The notes: generated from the sequence alone by a model not told the origin. Positions 13,101 through 28,100 are shown, numbered from the stretch's first letter. The stretch: 64,000 nucleotides of DNA from an uncultured Planctomycetia bacterium (GCA_964409365.1 CAYPCX010000002.1:32984-96983), one strand, 5' to 3'. Made by a program: numbers and translations.

Positions 13101-16100
13101 GGTGGAAAGATATCCCGATTCGGACCTCTTCGCGCTCGAGGAGCTCCACCTTGAAAGCGAGCTCATCTTCAGCTCCGGCCAGGTAAAGGTTGACGAGATA
13201 GCTTACCGCGTAAGTTACGACTTTAACAGGGATATCTACACGTTCGAGAACGCGTCGACCGGCGAGGTCTTTGAAAGCGATGACCTGCGCAGGACCGTAA
13301 GGCTTGAGGGAAACGCGCTGTATGACATCTACGTCCACCCGGTCTCAAAAGTTATCACGCTTACGAAGGTGCATACCGCCGAGGCCAGCCCGGACACGCC
13401 GATAGAGGTGAACGGTAAGACTTACATGGTGAGGAAACGCGGCGCCCAAACGTGTAACTTCATCTACATGCCGGACGGCGAGAACGAGGACACCAGTACG
13501 GTCTATTACAGCTACATAATGTTCGGGGAGCACCTTGTGGATATAGACGGCAGGACATATGAAGTGACCGTTACCACCGACGAGACCGAGGGCGAGACCG
13601 TGCGGCTCGACGAAAGGGACGAATATGATTCTTCCCCGATAGTCGCCGGTCAGGGCTCTGTCGAGATAGACGGCAAGGACTATGACGTGGAACTCCTGGC
13701 CCAGGGCGGCTATACGACTTACAAGTTCACTTACGATGACGGGATACATGATCTGAAGGTCTGGTACAGTGACGCCAGATCCGAGGAGGATAGCTGGGCG
13801 CTCCTCCGCATAGATACGGTCCGGTACGAAGTGAGAGAGATAGAGGAAGGCGGGGTCCTCAAGATCAACCTCACCAGGAGCTTCTCCAGCGCGCCGGACG
13901 AGCCGCCGATAAGATTGAGCGGGACGCTTTACAACGTGACCTACGATTACCTCACCGGAAGATACGTGTTCGATAACGGGTATGATCTCTACCAGAGCTC
14001 CGATGAGAGGGACGAGGTGGAGATAGGAGAGACGAGTTACACGATCGCCAGGGATCCCGAGACGAATTCCCTGAAGCTTTCCGAGGTTGATCCGCAGGAT
14101 GTGGAGTTCACCTCCTCCTACACGAGAAGCATGGTCACATTGAAGGACGGCATTACCTATTCCATCCTCCGGACAAGCGACGGTAAGATCAAACTTTCGA
14201 CCACCGGCGCCAGTTACGCAGAGGATACCCAAGGCCGCGTGCAGGTCGAAAACGACCTTTACATGATAAGCGATACCGCGGGCGGGGAGCTCCTTTTCAG
14301 CAGGATCACGGAGAGCGAGACGGTCGAAGGCATGCTCCTGGAGCTCGGGAATTCGTATATTGCCGTCAGGTCGGACGACAACGAGGAAGTGGACGAGGCG
14401 GACATTACCGCCCTCGAAGAAGCCTACCAGAGTTTCAATGCGCTGGATTACAACGGCGACGGCATCCTGGATAAGAGCGACATCGACGCGATGATAAGGG
14501 AGCTCGAGGAAAAACATGCCGAAGTTGCCGATCTTGAGGAGAAAGCGGAGGAAGTGGATGACGTGTACAGGCGCATATATTCTTCGCCGGTATACCGGGA
14601 AGATATTCTCCAGGCCGTGGATTTCGACGGTGACGGATATCCGGACGAGGATGACAGGCTTACCTATGAAGACACGATAGAGAAGTTCAACCTGATGGAC
14701 CTGAACGCGCTTGAAAGGCCGGAAATGGAGGTCATGGAAACGGACACCGAAACGACCATTTACGGCAAAGATTATGATGTAAGCTATGACGGTGTGGAAG
14801 AGAAGTTCATCCTCGAGCGCAAAGATGGCGGCTACAGCACCGAGGTCTCGAACGGCGACAGCGTAGTGTTCGAAGAAACGCAGATAAGCTACACGGCCGC
14901 AGTAGGTGACTATACCACAGATGAGGGGACCATAAAGAGACTTATCCTTACCAGGGATACCGCTTTTGTGGCCGCGGGATATACTACCTCCAGTCCGGCG
15001 AACATCGTTATCCACGGCAGTTCTTACACGGTGGAAGCGACGTCGCGCGGGATGATCGAAGGGGAAGAAAGGTTCAAGTATACCTTTGAAGCGGCCGGCG
15101 GCGAGACATATGTCAGCGAAATGCCCGGGCTTATACCCAAGGTGTGGATAGAAGGCCTGACGTTCGATATAACGCTCAACAGAGCCGAAGAAAAACTCGA
15201 GCTTGACGAAACGAACATTACCGACACCGGCGAATACCTGACCGCGGCGAGCATTCGTTCCATACTGTCGAGGCTCATGCTCGAGGTCAAGGCCGATGTT
15301 GCAGGGCCGGCCGGTTCCACGGAGCCCGACGGCACGCTCGATGTAGAGGATATAAAACGCCTCAAGATAGACCTGATGGACCTGAACCAGGACGGGATAA
15401 AGGACAACCGCGACCTGGACCTGGCCTGGACGCTCATAGATTTCAACCGGGACCTGGTGACGAAATACGATTACAACCCGAACGGCAAGCTGGACGAAGA
15501 AGACATCAATTCCTTTAATGTGCTTCGCGGCGGGTCCACGGGGCTGGACCTGGATCTCAACAACGACGGCAGGACTGACGATCTCGATGCCAAATATCTT
15601 ACCCAGATCGTCACCGTGGAGCTTGTGAAACAGCACACCTTCGCCCGGGTCGACCGCGATTTCAACGGGATCATAGAAGAGGACGAGGAAGAGGACGAGC
15701 GGACAATGCTGGAGAACCTCTTCACCATATCTTCGGCCGATCTGGACTCGGACGGTGTGATCGACAAAGAAGACCTGGACAGTTTCGACCAGATCAGGAC
15801 GTTCATAGACGATATCATGGGTATATACGGGACCCAGACCGTTGTCGCGGCCGACATCAATGAAGATCACCTGGTGGATTACAGGGATGTCTCGCTCCTG
15901 GACCAGGCTATAAGGTCTTACGCGGACATAAGCGGTGATTACTCCGTGACGATCAAAGACGATTATATACTCCAGGCCATAGTCCAGCCGGATTCTTCAG
16001 GTGTTACGGAACTTCCGCTGTACGGGATAAAGATCATCGACCTCGCGCAATATATTCTCCCGGAAAGCGCGAAAGAGAAAGCCGATCTTGATAACAACGG

Positions 16101-19100
16101 GACGATAAACTACGCCGATTTCGAAGCGTGGTCGCAGTTCGATATGAACGAGATACGGGATACCTACAGCGCCGCCGGGAGTTTTGACGACCTGGAAGGT
16201 TTCAGCACGAAAGACGGGACCATCACCACGAACGAAAAGAGCGGCTCGTTCTCGTATAATATCGTGCCGCAGGTATCCGGCGTATACCACCTGGCGATAA
16301 AGGCTTCCAGCAGCGCGCTTACCGTGCTTGATTTCAGTGTGTACGTCGACGGTGAATACCATTCTTCCTTCAGCCTGGGCACCTCATCGAGCATGGCCAC
16401 GGAAGGTTACGTCCAGATCGAATTTGACGGCGACGCCACCGAACATGAGGTCATGTTCATGATGTCCAACCCCAGCACCAGGGACATGTCGGTCAGTATC
16501 GAAGAGTTCATACTTACCGAACCGGTCCCGACGGCTTACGATATAAACGGTGATTACCGGTACACCACCGAAGACGGACAGGTGATACAGAGGATGATCG
16601 CCGCGCAGGTGTTCATAAACGAGTGCGATATAAATTCTGACGGCGAGGTCGACGTTGACGACCTTACCGCGCTTGACCCGAACGGGGACGGTTACATAAC
16701 CGGCAGTGAAGCCGATTTCGACGCGGACGGTAATGGAAGTGTCAGCCAGGCGGAGGCGCGCAGGGACGCCGACCGTGACGGGGATATCGATGATGAGGAC
16801 CTTGAGCTTCTGGGGCACATGCTTGAGACGATAGATTTCATATCGCGTTCGGACGTTAACGGAGATTCCTTTATTGACGCCAAAGACCTCAGTTCGCTCC
16901 GCCAGAGCATGGACGTGCTGGATTCCTCCGAGAGAAGGGCCCTTACCGTGGACCTGGCGGAAGGGATAGCGGATGAATTCCACACGGTGAGCAGGGATGA
17001 ACTTGCAAGGAGCGACCTGAACGGCGACGCTCTCGTGGATTCAAGGGACCTCGGCATGATAAGGCTTTACGTGGAAGAAGGTCTAATAGATACGATAATC
17101 GATCAAGATATACCTCTCCTTGAAGGAGCTTCTCTAGAGATGAGCGTGGGCGATACTACGTATGATACCGGCGATATCATCAGGATACTGGCGGCTCTCG
17201 ACGGGTTGGAAGAGAAGGACGGCGAACTCTACAAGTTCCTCCTGAAAGAAGAGGGCTTCGACCAACCGAGCCTGCCCGACTGGACCGCGGGATCCGGGGA
17301 CTGGAGTATAACCGATTCCAGGTGCTCCCAGCTTGAGGAGGGCACATCGAGCGCCAGGATCGTTTACGAAGGCGCGCTCGAGGCGGAAGATTTCATCCTG
17401 GAAACGCAGGTCAGGCTCAAGAGGACCAAAGCGAAGGTAACCGGCGGAGCCGGGATCATGTTCCATTTCCAGGACGAGGATAACTATTACGAGTGCGTCC
17501 TGAATCCCAAGCTGCAGCGCGTAGAGTTCCGCAAGGTGGTGGACGGAGGAGAACCGGCAACGATAGCGTACAGGAGGCTGGAGACCACTTCGATAGGAAG
17601 GCTGGATACTTCCGGCGCGTCCTGGTACGACCTTAAGGTGGAAGCGAATGGCCGGGAATATACTTTCTATCTCAACGGCGAGGAGATGTTCACCGCTGCC
17701 AGTTCCACGTTCACGGGCGGCAAGGCGGGTCTTGTGTGCGCCCCCGGACAGAAGGCCGATTTTGACGATTTTGTGCTGGGTACCGGCAGCACTCTCAAGG
17801 AGATGCTGAGGGATGCGACGCTGGAGGAAGACCTTGACGTCGACGGCGTAGTGGACGCGTGGGATTACGCGATACTGAACGCCCTCGATGACCTGCAGGC
17901 GGAGTCCTCTGTCGAGGTGGTCCGGGCGATGGCCAGGATAAGCCGCGGGGACGTCAGCGGGGATAATAACGTGAACGAGGCGGACAGAAAGGCTTTTGAT
18001 ATCGACCAGGACGATACCTCTGACCAGGAGGATGTCTTCATAGTGGAAGAAGCGGCGAGGATGGGAAGCGAATATCTCAGGTTCGATATCGCTGATCTCG
18101 ATCAGGACGGACAGGTGACGGAAGATGACGAGACACTGCTTGACGAGATGCTGGCCAACATGGTCGATATCAACGCCGACGGCGTGTTCGATGAAGACGA
18201 CCTCGATCTTTTCGAGTCGATCGATGAATACATGGACCTCGATTTCAGCGATTCCTGGGCCCAGCGTTCGGACGTCAACGGCGACGGTTTCGTGGACATG
18301 CAGGACGCGGACGCGATCGAATATGCCATTGAATACAGGGCGAGGACAAAGGACATAATCTTGAGCATAATGGACGAGATCGTTACTAACCTTGCCAGGC
18401 CGTACTCCGATCCGCAGTCCCTCGTTACGCCTGACGACTTCGCGAAAGCGGACGTCAATAATGACGGCAAGGTCGACGGCGCCGATATTGCCGATATCCA
18501 GGGCAAGATGGATTTTGTCAATGCGTCAAGCGATCCGGAACTGGCTTACACGATGATCGATATCTACAAGTACGACATGAACGGGGATACCGTGTTCTCC
18601 GAAGAAGACGTTACCATGCTGGAGAACGTAGAAGAAAGGGTAGAAGACGGCAGGGTGCTGACGGCGCAGGATTACGCGAAATACGACCTGGACGCGGACG
18701 GGTCGATCGACGCGGACGATCGCGCTATTGCCGGTAACGCCCAGGCATATTACATCGACGTGGATGCGTCCGGCAAGGTAGACCTGCGCGACAGGGACTG
18801 CGTAATACAGACGGTCTACAAGAATTCTCTCGGGGTGACCGGGTCCATGATAAGACGATGCGACGTGAACTCGAACGGCCGGATAAACAGCGACGACCTT
18901 GACCTCCTGACCGAAGCCCTGAGCGCCAAGACGGTGATGGACTCGGACGGCGACGGCACGCTCGAGGCCGGGGAGATCAATGACATGCGCGACCTCATCA
19001 CGGGTTTTGTCGAAGGTTATATAGCGGACAAAGATGCGATCGCTTCGGCGGACATGAATTCGGACGGCCTGGTGGACAAGCTTGATACGGCATATCTGGA

Positions 19101-22100
19101 ACAACAGATAGCCGATCTCAAGGTCGAGATGATAGAGATGGAAGGCAGGATAGCCAACGCGCCGGTCGCCATGCTGGAAGCGCGGCTCGAAGCGGTGGAC
19201 GTCAACGGCGACGGCAGGAGGACACAGGAAGACCTGGACCACATAGCCGCCATAATAGAGTATCTGGATCACCAGGCCCAGGACCAGATCACGGAACAAT
19301 TGATCCTCGCGGCAGACGCTAACCAGGACGGCAAAGTGGACGATGCCGACATGGAACTCATGGACATGCATTTCGACCCGGCTTACGTCAACATGCTTGA
19401 CCTGGACTCGGACGGTTTCATCACCAGCGACGATTTCAGCACGTTCGAAGGTATAAGGCAGGCGATGACGGACGGCGACATACCCGGCATAGACCAGTTC
19501 GAGAAGTATGACCTCAACGCCGACGGGACCGTGGATATACAGGACGTGGATACCGTCAAGGGTGCTTACATGGGCCGCGTGGATATAGACAATGATTTCG
19601 TCATTAACGACAAATCTTCCGATAACGGCGGTCCGGACGATGACACCACGGACAAAGAGCTTCTCGAGGACCTTGTCAGGATGCAGGACCTCGTGGACGA
19701 AATGAACGCGCTCACCTCGGGTGATGACCCGCTGAGCGTCAGGCAGGTCCTGATAAACAGGGACCTTGCCGATAACAGGCAGGCCGGGATCAACCGTTTC
19801 ATGATAGCCGCCGAGCTTGATTCCAGCGGTGACGGTAAGATCACGTCCGACGATATCGATATCTTCGCCAACAGCCTGGAGCAACAGGATAATTCCTATT
19901 ATGACATCAATAATGACGGCATCTTTAATTCCCAGGACGTCTTCCTCATCGAAGAGATATTCACGGAGATAAACAACTACCAGATCCATGAAAGGCCGAG
20001 CATTCTCGAAGACCAGCCGTGTGTTTACGGCCGGACGATACTCCAGCCGGTGGAGTACGATATCCGGGACATAACGAACGACCTGGTGGTGGACGAGGCC
20101 GACCTCGAGGCCCTGCAGGAAGCGAGGGACCGGATGATGTCGTTCACCGAGGACCAGCTGGTGAGACAGGAAGACGCCGAAAGGATCGTCAAGTTCCGCG
20201 CGCTCAACATGCCGATAACGCTGGAAGACGTGTACAGGTCGAACCTGGTCACGGCGAACGACGATGATGAGAGCCTGAGGATAGGAGACGTCATAGGCAT
20301 CCAGCATCCGGGTGAGTCCACCGTGGACATGACCGAAGAAGAAGAGCAGAAGAAATGGATCGAGTTCTCCCAGGCCGGCTATATCGTCAGAACGATGAAG
20401 CTGCCGCTGGGCCAGGATCCCAAGAGGCCCCGGATAGAGAACGACCTGTACTCCCACGCCGAAGAGATCGGTGGAGGCGATCCCGATCCGGAACCGGTAC
20501 AGCCCGGCTATGAGAATATATTCGACGGCAGAGGCTTCGGCCCGTATCTCACGACGGCCGGTTATACCCAGACAGCCGAAGGCGTGATCAACTGGTACGG
20601 CTACCCGATAGTAATAGACGTCGACGAATTCGTAGTACCAAGTGATACGGACGAGGACGGCCTGGTGAACGCGAAAGACATCTTCTACATAGACACTGCC
20701 ATGGATAACGTGGAACTCGGCGAGTTCCTCTCGCTGTGGCAGCTCACCATGAGCGATATAAACAGGGACGGGGTGTTCGACGCGGGCGATGACGACGCCA
20801 TGAGACTGGTGCTGGATAACGCGGTGGACATTAACGGTGACCTGATGATAACCGAGGACGACATACAGACCGTCTACAGCCAGAGAGAAAAGATCCTCGA
20901 GGCCAAGGATGTGAAGGCAAAGATAGAGACGCTGGATGAGATGCTCGCAAGCGGCAGTTATACCACGCCGGAAGCCAAGGCCCAGCTTGAAGAGATCATC
21001 GATTACCTCGGCCTCCAGACGATGGAAGGGAACGTGGCAAGTTCGTTCGACGCCAAACTCGAGCTCCTGACCAAGGTCCTCAAAGAGGAGATCTTTACCC
21101 CGGACGTGGCAATGGCCACGCGGCAGGAACTCCTCGAGGAAATGGTGGAGAAACTCGGCATAGTGCCGGAGAGGGCGCCCAATTACGCGGGTGTCTCGCT
21201 TGAGGATTCACAAAAGTCCTGGCTAGAGGGAGAACTGGGCGAGCTTTTCAGCTTCGGCCAGCTCGACAAGAACTCGGACGGAAAGATAACCCAGGCGGAA
21301 CTCCTCCAGACCCTTGCCGGTATATTCGACTTCGAACAGCTGGACGCCGACGGCGACGGCGTGACGACCCAGAGCGAGATCGACGACATGGCGCAGGTCA
21401 TACGCGATATCCTGGAGACGAGCACTCTCTCGAGCGCCGACCTGGAAAGCGCCGATATAAACGAGGACGGCGTGGTGAACGGTTTTGACCGGGATCTCCT
21501 GGAAACGGTGATAGAACACAGCTTCGACGTCAACCAGGATACCGTGATCGATGAGGATGACATGAAGGACTGGCTGAGGATCTACGATTATATGGGGTAC
21601 AGCCTGGAGGAGGACGAAGAGGCCGGTATATGGCATCTCGTCGATCTGGAGAACGCGGACATAGACGGAGACGGTCTCATAGAAGGCGGATGGTATCTTG
21701 ACGAGGTCGCGGCGTGTGAAGAGAACCCGGCGGGATATGAGTTCGCCGAATGGGACCAGGACCGTTATCCCGAGGCCTGGTCGGACAGGACGGCGTATCT
21801 GGATAACATGCTCGAGGTCCAGGACCACCTGAACGTCCTTGACTTCGACCTTGACGGCGTGTTTGACCAGTCCGACGTGAGGGCGGTAACGGACCTCATG
21901 CTGTTCATCGAGAACAGCACCATAGAACGGGATATGGAGAACCGGAACGTCGCGGACCTCCCCAACGATTATGACCTCCTGAACGAGAGCTTTCTCGGCA
22001 GGGACGGCGTGGTCAACGATATCGATATCGCCACGTTCCTGGAGGTCACCGACCCGGCCAGGCACGCCGACGTCAACAGGAGCGGCCAGGTGACCGACAG

Positions 22101-25100
22101 GGATGTCAACCGCATAAGGGAGATCATGGATTTCGATTCTATCAGGGACGAGTGGGAGGACTGGAACGCCTCGTACACGGAAGAGGACCCCTACTGGATA
22201 AACACGAACCTCACCGACAGGATCATACACGTGGAAAACAGGCATTTCAGGATAACGTATGAAGCGATCTCGGGCATATATATCTTTGAACCTTTCTATG
22301 TCCTGGAAAGCGAAGTGCCGGATGAACCTGAGGACAACATTCTCAGCGACCCGGAGGCCGGCACGGTAACGATAATGGGCAAGGACCTGGAGGGCAACTA
22401 CACCGAAGAATACGTGTATAGCATCGAGGTCGATCCGGAGACCGGAAAGCTCACCCTGATCAGAGGGACAAGGGAAGCCGCGGAACAGAGCGCGCTCCGC
22501 GCTTACATGGAGAGAGCCGATCTTACCGGCGACGGCAAGGTGAACTATTTTGACAAGAACGTTCTCCAGGACGTGAGGGATAAAGCCGCCTCCGCCGGTA
22601 TTACGCAGATGGACCAGCAGATGCTGGACACGGTAAAAGAGGTATTCGCCCTGGTGAACGCCTGGACGGTCACGCTGGAGAAAGAAAAATGGGTGAGCGA
22701 GAACGTATATGACCAGGTGATCACCATGGAGGGCAAGAAGCTGGGGATCGAGATAGTGACCGGGGACAATACCACCAGCTATGTCTTCTATGATATAGAC
22801 GGCGGCAACAGGGCCTACCAGGCCGATATGGACGAGATGACGGTGCATATAGGCAGCGTGGTCTACCTTATCATACCCAACGAGGCGACCGGCGATATCC
22901 AGCTCAGAAAGCTCTACATCAACAGCTATGAAGTCGGTGACTGCGCGATCACCGTGGAAGGAAGGGACTTTGTCGTCACTAAAGACGAGACGAGCGGGAT
23001 ATACGAGTTCAGGGAGGGCACCAGGATATATGAGAGTCAGCACATAGAAGAGAAGGATTACGTGATAATAAACGGCGCGCCGTGGGAGATAGTGGAGACC
23101 GGTTCGGGCGAGGTCAGCCTCTTCAAGAAAGCGGAACAGGCTACCAGCACGCCCGTTTCCGAGGACCTGCAGGTGATCGTCCTTTACAGCAACCTTTATA
23201 CGACGAATAAAGTATACACGGTCGACGATTCCGATCCCGACATGCTGGTCTTCTCGAACGCCGAAGCGACCTACGTGACGCTTAAAGGCGAAGATACCGT
23301 GGTCATCGAAGGCACGCTCTACGATGTGGATTACGATGCCGCCACGGGCGAGGTCACCCTTACCGAGGTGCTTTTCGGCGACTTCGACGGCGACTATTCA
23401 GTGACGGCCGAAGAACAAGCCATGCTCAGCTCAGCCATAGGCGCGTACACGACCGGCGTGCTCGAAGCCGGCGGCGCGGCGTCCCTGTACGTGGATATAT
23501 ACGGCGTCCGTTACGACATCATCGTCGAAGAGGACGGGTCCATAACGCTTGCCGAACGCATTATCCGGTCCAGCTTCGTCGACACGATAAAGGTCGGCAC
23601 GACCACCTACAAGGTCACCACAGAGACCCTGACGGAATCCGAAGAAGGCGACAGGTTCGACCACGACGTGCTCGTGTTCACCGAAGTATCCCTGGTGGAG
23701 ACCGAATTCTCCTCGCGGACGGGAAGCTATACGACATACGTGATACAAGAAGGAGGCTATACCACCAGCGACTACGACATGGAAGAGGTGACCATCGGCG
23801 GTCAGACTTACGGGATAAGATGGCTTGCCGAAGGCGGCATAGAACTTTTCGATACCGGCACCGAGGATGCCGTAAGTTCCGCCGGTGATTTCCTGATATT
23901 GGAACTTACCTCTACGACGGATGAAAATGACGCTTTTGCCACCAGCCGCTGGCTGGGAGACGGAAAACTGGATATCAGCGGCCTGTACCCGTCGGATACG
24001 CGTTTCGGCATGTCGACGATCCTTGCCAGCAAGGACGGCGATACTTACGTCTTCGCCCTGAACGCGGAACTGGACGAAGCGGCGCTCGAGGATATCCGGG
24101 TGGAAGGCGGATATTCCGATACGGGCACCTGGGATGACATCAAGCAGGTGCTCATGGACGAGTTCAAGCGCACTACCTATTATTACAGCGATACCAGGAC
24201 GGACACGGTAGAGATCGGCGGGATATTGTACGATATAGACGAGATAGGGGAAGAGATAAGGCTTACCGCCAGGGAAGTGATCGCCGGTGAGGCGGGTACG
24301 GGAAGTATTGAGCTTGCCTGCGTGGAAGAAGCGGGAGAGTACGTTTTCTACGGGCCCGTAGGAGTTAGCGGAAGCGCCCAGACCATCCGGCAGGATGAGG
24401 ACGGGACAGTGGTGTTCGGCAATTACCAGCGCTACCAGGTCAACGAGATACCCATGGGCGCTTATACCACGGTCACGCTCAGCCAGCTTTCCAGGACGGC
24501 AGGGGTGACCGCGCCCAAGGAGATAATAGAGGTATACGGCGTCAATTACAAGGTCACGGATAACGGCGACGGAACTTATACTTTCACGGACGGCACTTAT
24601 CTTTACACCAGTGACGCCACGACCCAGACGGTGAGACTGGGCGAGATGCTTTTGACGACAGCGGAACGATATGAAAGCGGCATGACGGAGGAAGAGCTCG
24701 AGGACGTCAGGGGAGTGCTGTATGACATATCCTTTGACGCGGAGAGTAATATAGTCCTTACCAAGCACGCCGAGGAGATAGGCGCCGCGCAGGTGTTCGA
24801 GGTCGCGGGAGAGATCTTCGCCGTTACCACCGATTACAAGGGCGACAAGACGATAATGACGTACCCGGCCGGTGTCGTCGTGGCTGAACTCGCGCTGGAG
24901 GAAGACATCCTGGCCCTCGGTGACAGGACGTACGATGTTACCAGGGACGCGGGCGGCAAGATCAGCCTCCAGTGGAATACCATACAGTCCGTGGATATCG
25001 AACTCGTCAAGGTTGCCGGCGTGAGATATTGCGTGAAAGAGACGGCCGATCCCGAACACCTCTACGAGTTCGATTACATGGGAGAGGTAACGGCCAGTTA

Positions 25101-28100
25101 TTCGACGGCCGAAGGCCATAAAGTGGACCTGGGCAGCGGGGCGAACATCCTTACTTACGACATTTTTATCGACCAGGAGAGCGGCCGCCTGCGTCTTATA
25201 GAGGATTACATGGAAGGGACCACGGCGACCGGCGCTTTTATCACCTTTGACGGAAAGACGGATCCTTATGATGTGGGAATAACCGGGACCACCATAACCA
25301 TTACTGACGGCGAGAATACCGTAGTGATCGAAAAAGCATCTGCCGATTTTACGAATCTGGTCATAACGCTGGTAGTGGATGACAGCGGTACGGAGGAAAG
25401 GGACTATTACGTTATCTACGATCCGGGCGACGAAGAAGTGGAAGAGAGCATATCGCTGAGCGCTTATACCACGACGGGAACGAACGACTTCCTGGCCTCC
25501 GGGATGAAACAGATCGTGAACCTGGGCGGCATATGGTACAGCATAGTGGAAGAAGACGACGGGTCATACAGTTTCGCGTGGACAGGGTCCGATGATGTCG
25601 ACCATGTGCAGAACGCTTTTCTCGATGATGGCGAAGTGACCCTTGACGAAAACGTTATCTTCACGCTCGAGGCGGATTACACGACCGGAGCCCTTACCCT
25701 TACCCAGAGGGATTATCTGACCAGCCGCGATGTATCGCTCTACCCGGTCGAAGGCGTCCTCGCGAGCAGGATAGTCGAGATAGGCGGTGTCGAGTACGTG
25801 CTTGAATACGAGGTCAAGCAGGAATGGTCGGATGACATCAGGGACCCGGCGAGCGACGTATACGAATATTCGGCGCCGTACGGTTTCACGTACCGCAGTG
25901 GAGCCGCCACTACTTCGGGATACATCACCGTGCCGTATTTCACCCTGACGAGCGTCGAAGACGGCGTGACCTACGAGAACAGGGTGGTCACGACGGGATA
26001 TGCCCCGACGCCCGTTTCGGAAGAGTCAATTCCATACGTGGATTCATCGAGGGAAGAAAGCCGCTTCATAATAGACCTTCCGGAGATGTCCATCGGGCTT
26101 GAAGGTTATCCGGAACTTTACGCGCCGGCGCTTGAGGTGGTCGACACCCAGACAGGCGAAAAGAAGCTGTTCTATATATCCGAGAGGTCCAGGGAGGAGG
26201 GCGTCAATTCTTATTACCTGTATTCCGACGGCGAGTATTACGCCTTCAATGCGTACGGCGACGATCAGGAAGAGAACGCCGATCTTCTGACCGTGATAGA
26301 CCTTAACGGGACCGATATCGAGATAGAGATCAATGACGCGGTGGACCCGGACGGGGCGGTGGAGGGCGCGCACGGGTATATCAGCCAGACATGGTCATCC
26401 GCCACCAGGGCGCGCCATTTTCCGGAACCCCTTACCATCGATGTGGACGGCGACGGCGAGTATGATGAAGGGGACGGAGATGAGTTCACCGACATGAACG
26501 GCAACGGCGTATGGGACGAGTATGATATGTATGGCGGCCGTTACACCGTTAACTTTATCGATAAAGTTCCGCTCAATGTCGTGACCGGCCGCCAGGCGGA
26601 GCTGGTCGAGTGCCAGGTGGACTGGGAGAACGACGAGCTTGTCTATGCCGGCGGCGAACATCAGGTCCGGCAGGAGATCGAGATCGACGGCCTCAGGTAT
26701 TACGTGTATCCGGAGGGCGATACCCTGAAGATCGACGCGCTGCACCTCGAGAGCGTGGCCGTGGAAGGTAACCGCCAGGCGCTCATACTGGGCACGAAGG
26801 AATACGGGACCGAGATCGACGTGGACAGCGCTTACGGCCTGAACTACGCCGCGTCGGAAGAAGATGACGGCAGCGTGGTCTTCACCGACGGTTTCAACTC
26901 ATACACCAGCGATCCGCTGACCGGGACCGTCGATATCCTCGGGAGGACATTCCGGGTGATACAGGACGGGACCCCGGATATGCCAGGATGGACGTGCCGC
27001 CTTGTAGAGGCCCACCCGGTAAGCCTGAAGGCGGGTACGGGCGTTATCAAGGTCGTCCAGACCGACAAGGAATACACCGTAACACGCCTTTCCGACGGCA
27101 CCTACGAGCTTGAGGACGGCGATACGGGGACGAAATACACCAGCTACAAGAGCGTGGAAGTGGACGAAAGGATCTTCAGGATAACCGAGAGCGCCGAAGG
27201 CGTTATAACCCTTGAAGAAGAGAAAGAGGCGAGGCCGCCGCTCAACGCGGTGGAGATAATAGGCACGATCGTCGGTATCGCTGCCAGGGACAGCAGCGCT
27301 TCGAGCGCGGCGGACAGTTTCGCCAATTCCCTCATCAACATGTTCACCGACCTCTATGATGCCGATATATATTCCTGCATGGAAGAGGATCTTTACGGTG
27401 TCACGGACGAGGCGAGGGACATGGTCCTCAGGATAAGGTTCGACGGCGAGTACGTGATGGCGGTCTTTGACGGCACATACGGCAAGGCGGAGTTCGAGGA
27501 AAGGGTGAAAACGGAGGTAAGTGCGAAGTTCAACTTCGACAAGGCGCTCCTGGACGATCCCGGCGAGACAGAATACACCGTGGAATGGCTGAACATAACG
27601 GACGTGGAAGCGGACTTTGACGATCTCGCCGAACCGAAGCCGGCTTCTTTCATATGGCCCAACACCGAGGCGGCGTGGCTCGCGGCGAGGGCCGAGAAAT
27701 GGGAAGAAGTGGACGGCATAGATTACTCCGATCTGGGCGACGGAGCGGTATATATACTTGGAAGCGAGCCTGTTACCGGGATCGAAGACGTGTATACGGG
27801 ATTGAGAGTGGTCCGCGGCGATGAGTACGGCCTGTATGAGACGGAATACGTCCACAACCAGAGCGACGGGTATTCCAACGAGTGGATCAAGGAATTCGAC
27901 GCCCTGGTAAGGAGCACGCGGTACACGCTGCCCGATTACAGTGACGCGTTCGGCTACGACGTTTCGGAACGCATTTACGCTTACGTGAACGAACTGGAAA
28001 AAGCGTTCGAACCGGTCTCCAGCGGGGAAGACCGCGACTATATCGATGACGGGGATCTTGCCGCGGCCGAAAGGGTCATTTCTTCCTACAGGCCGGACGG

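Noticed and set aside
13345-15870. 841-aa minus-strand ORF and similar long ones (18526-20457, 21223-23043, 23431-25119, 31966-33747, 48535-50043)
   Set aside because: They are codon-for-codon antisense to frame +1 and arise because TTA/CTA/TCA are rare in the sense frame. Their translations are V/I/R/H-rich with no recognisable motifs.
9262-22560. Cellulosome scaffoldin or enzyme
   Set aside because: I recognised no cohesin or glycoside hydrolase catalytic domain, and the loops are internal and highly multiplied.
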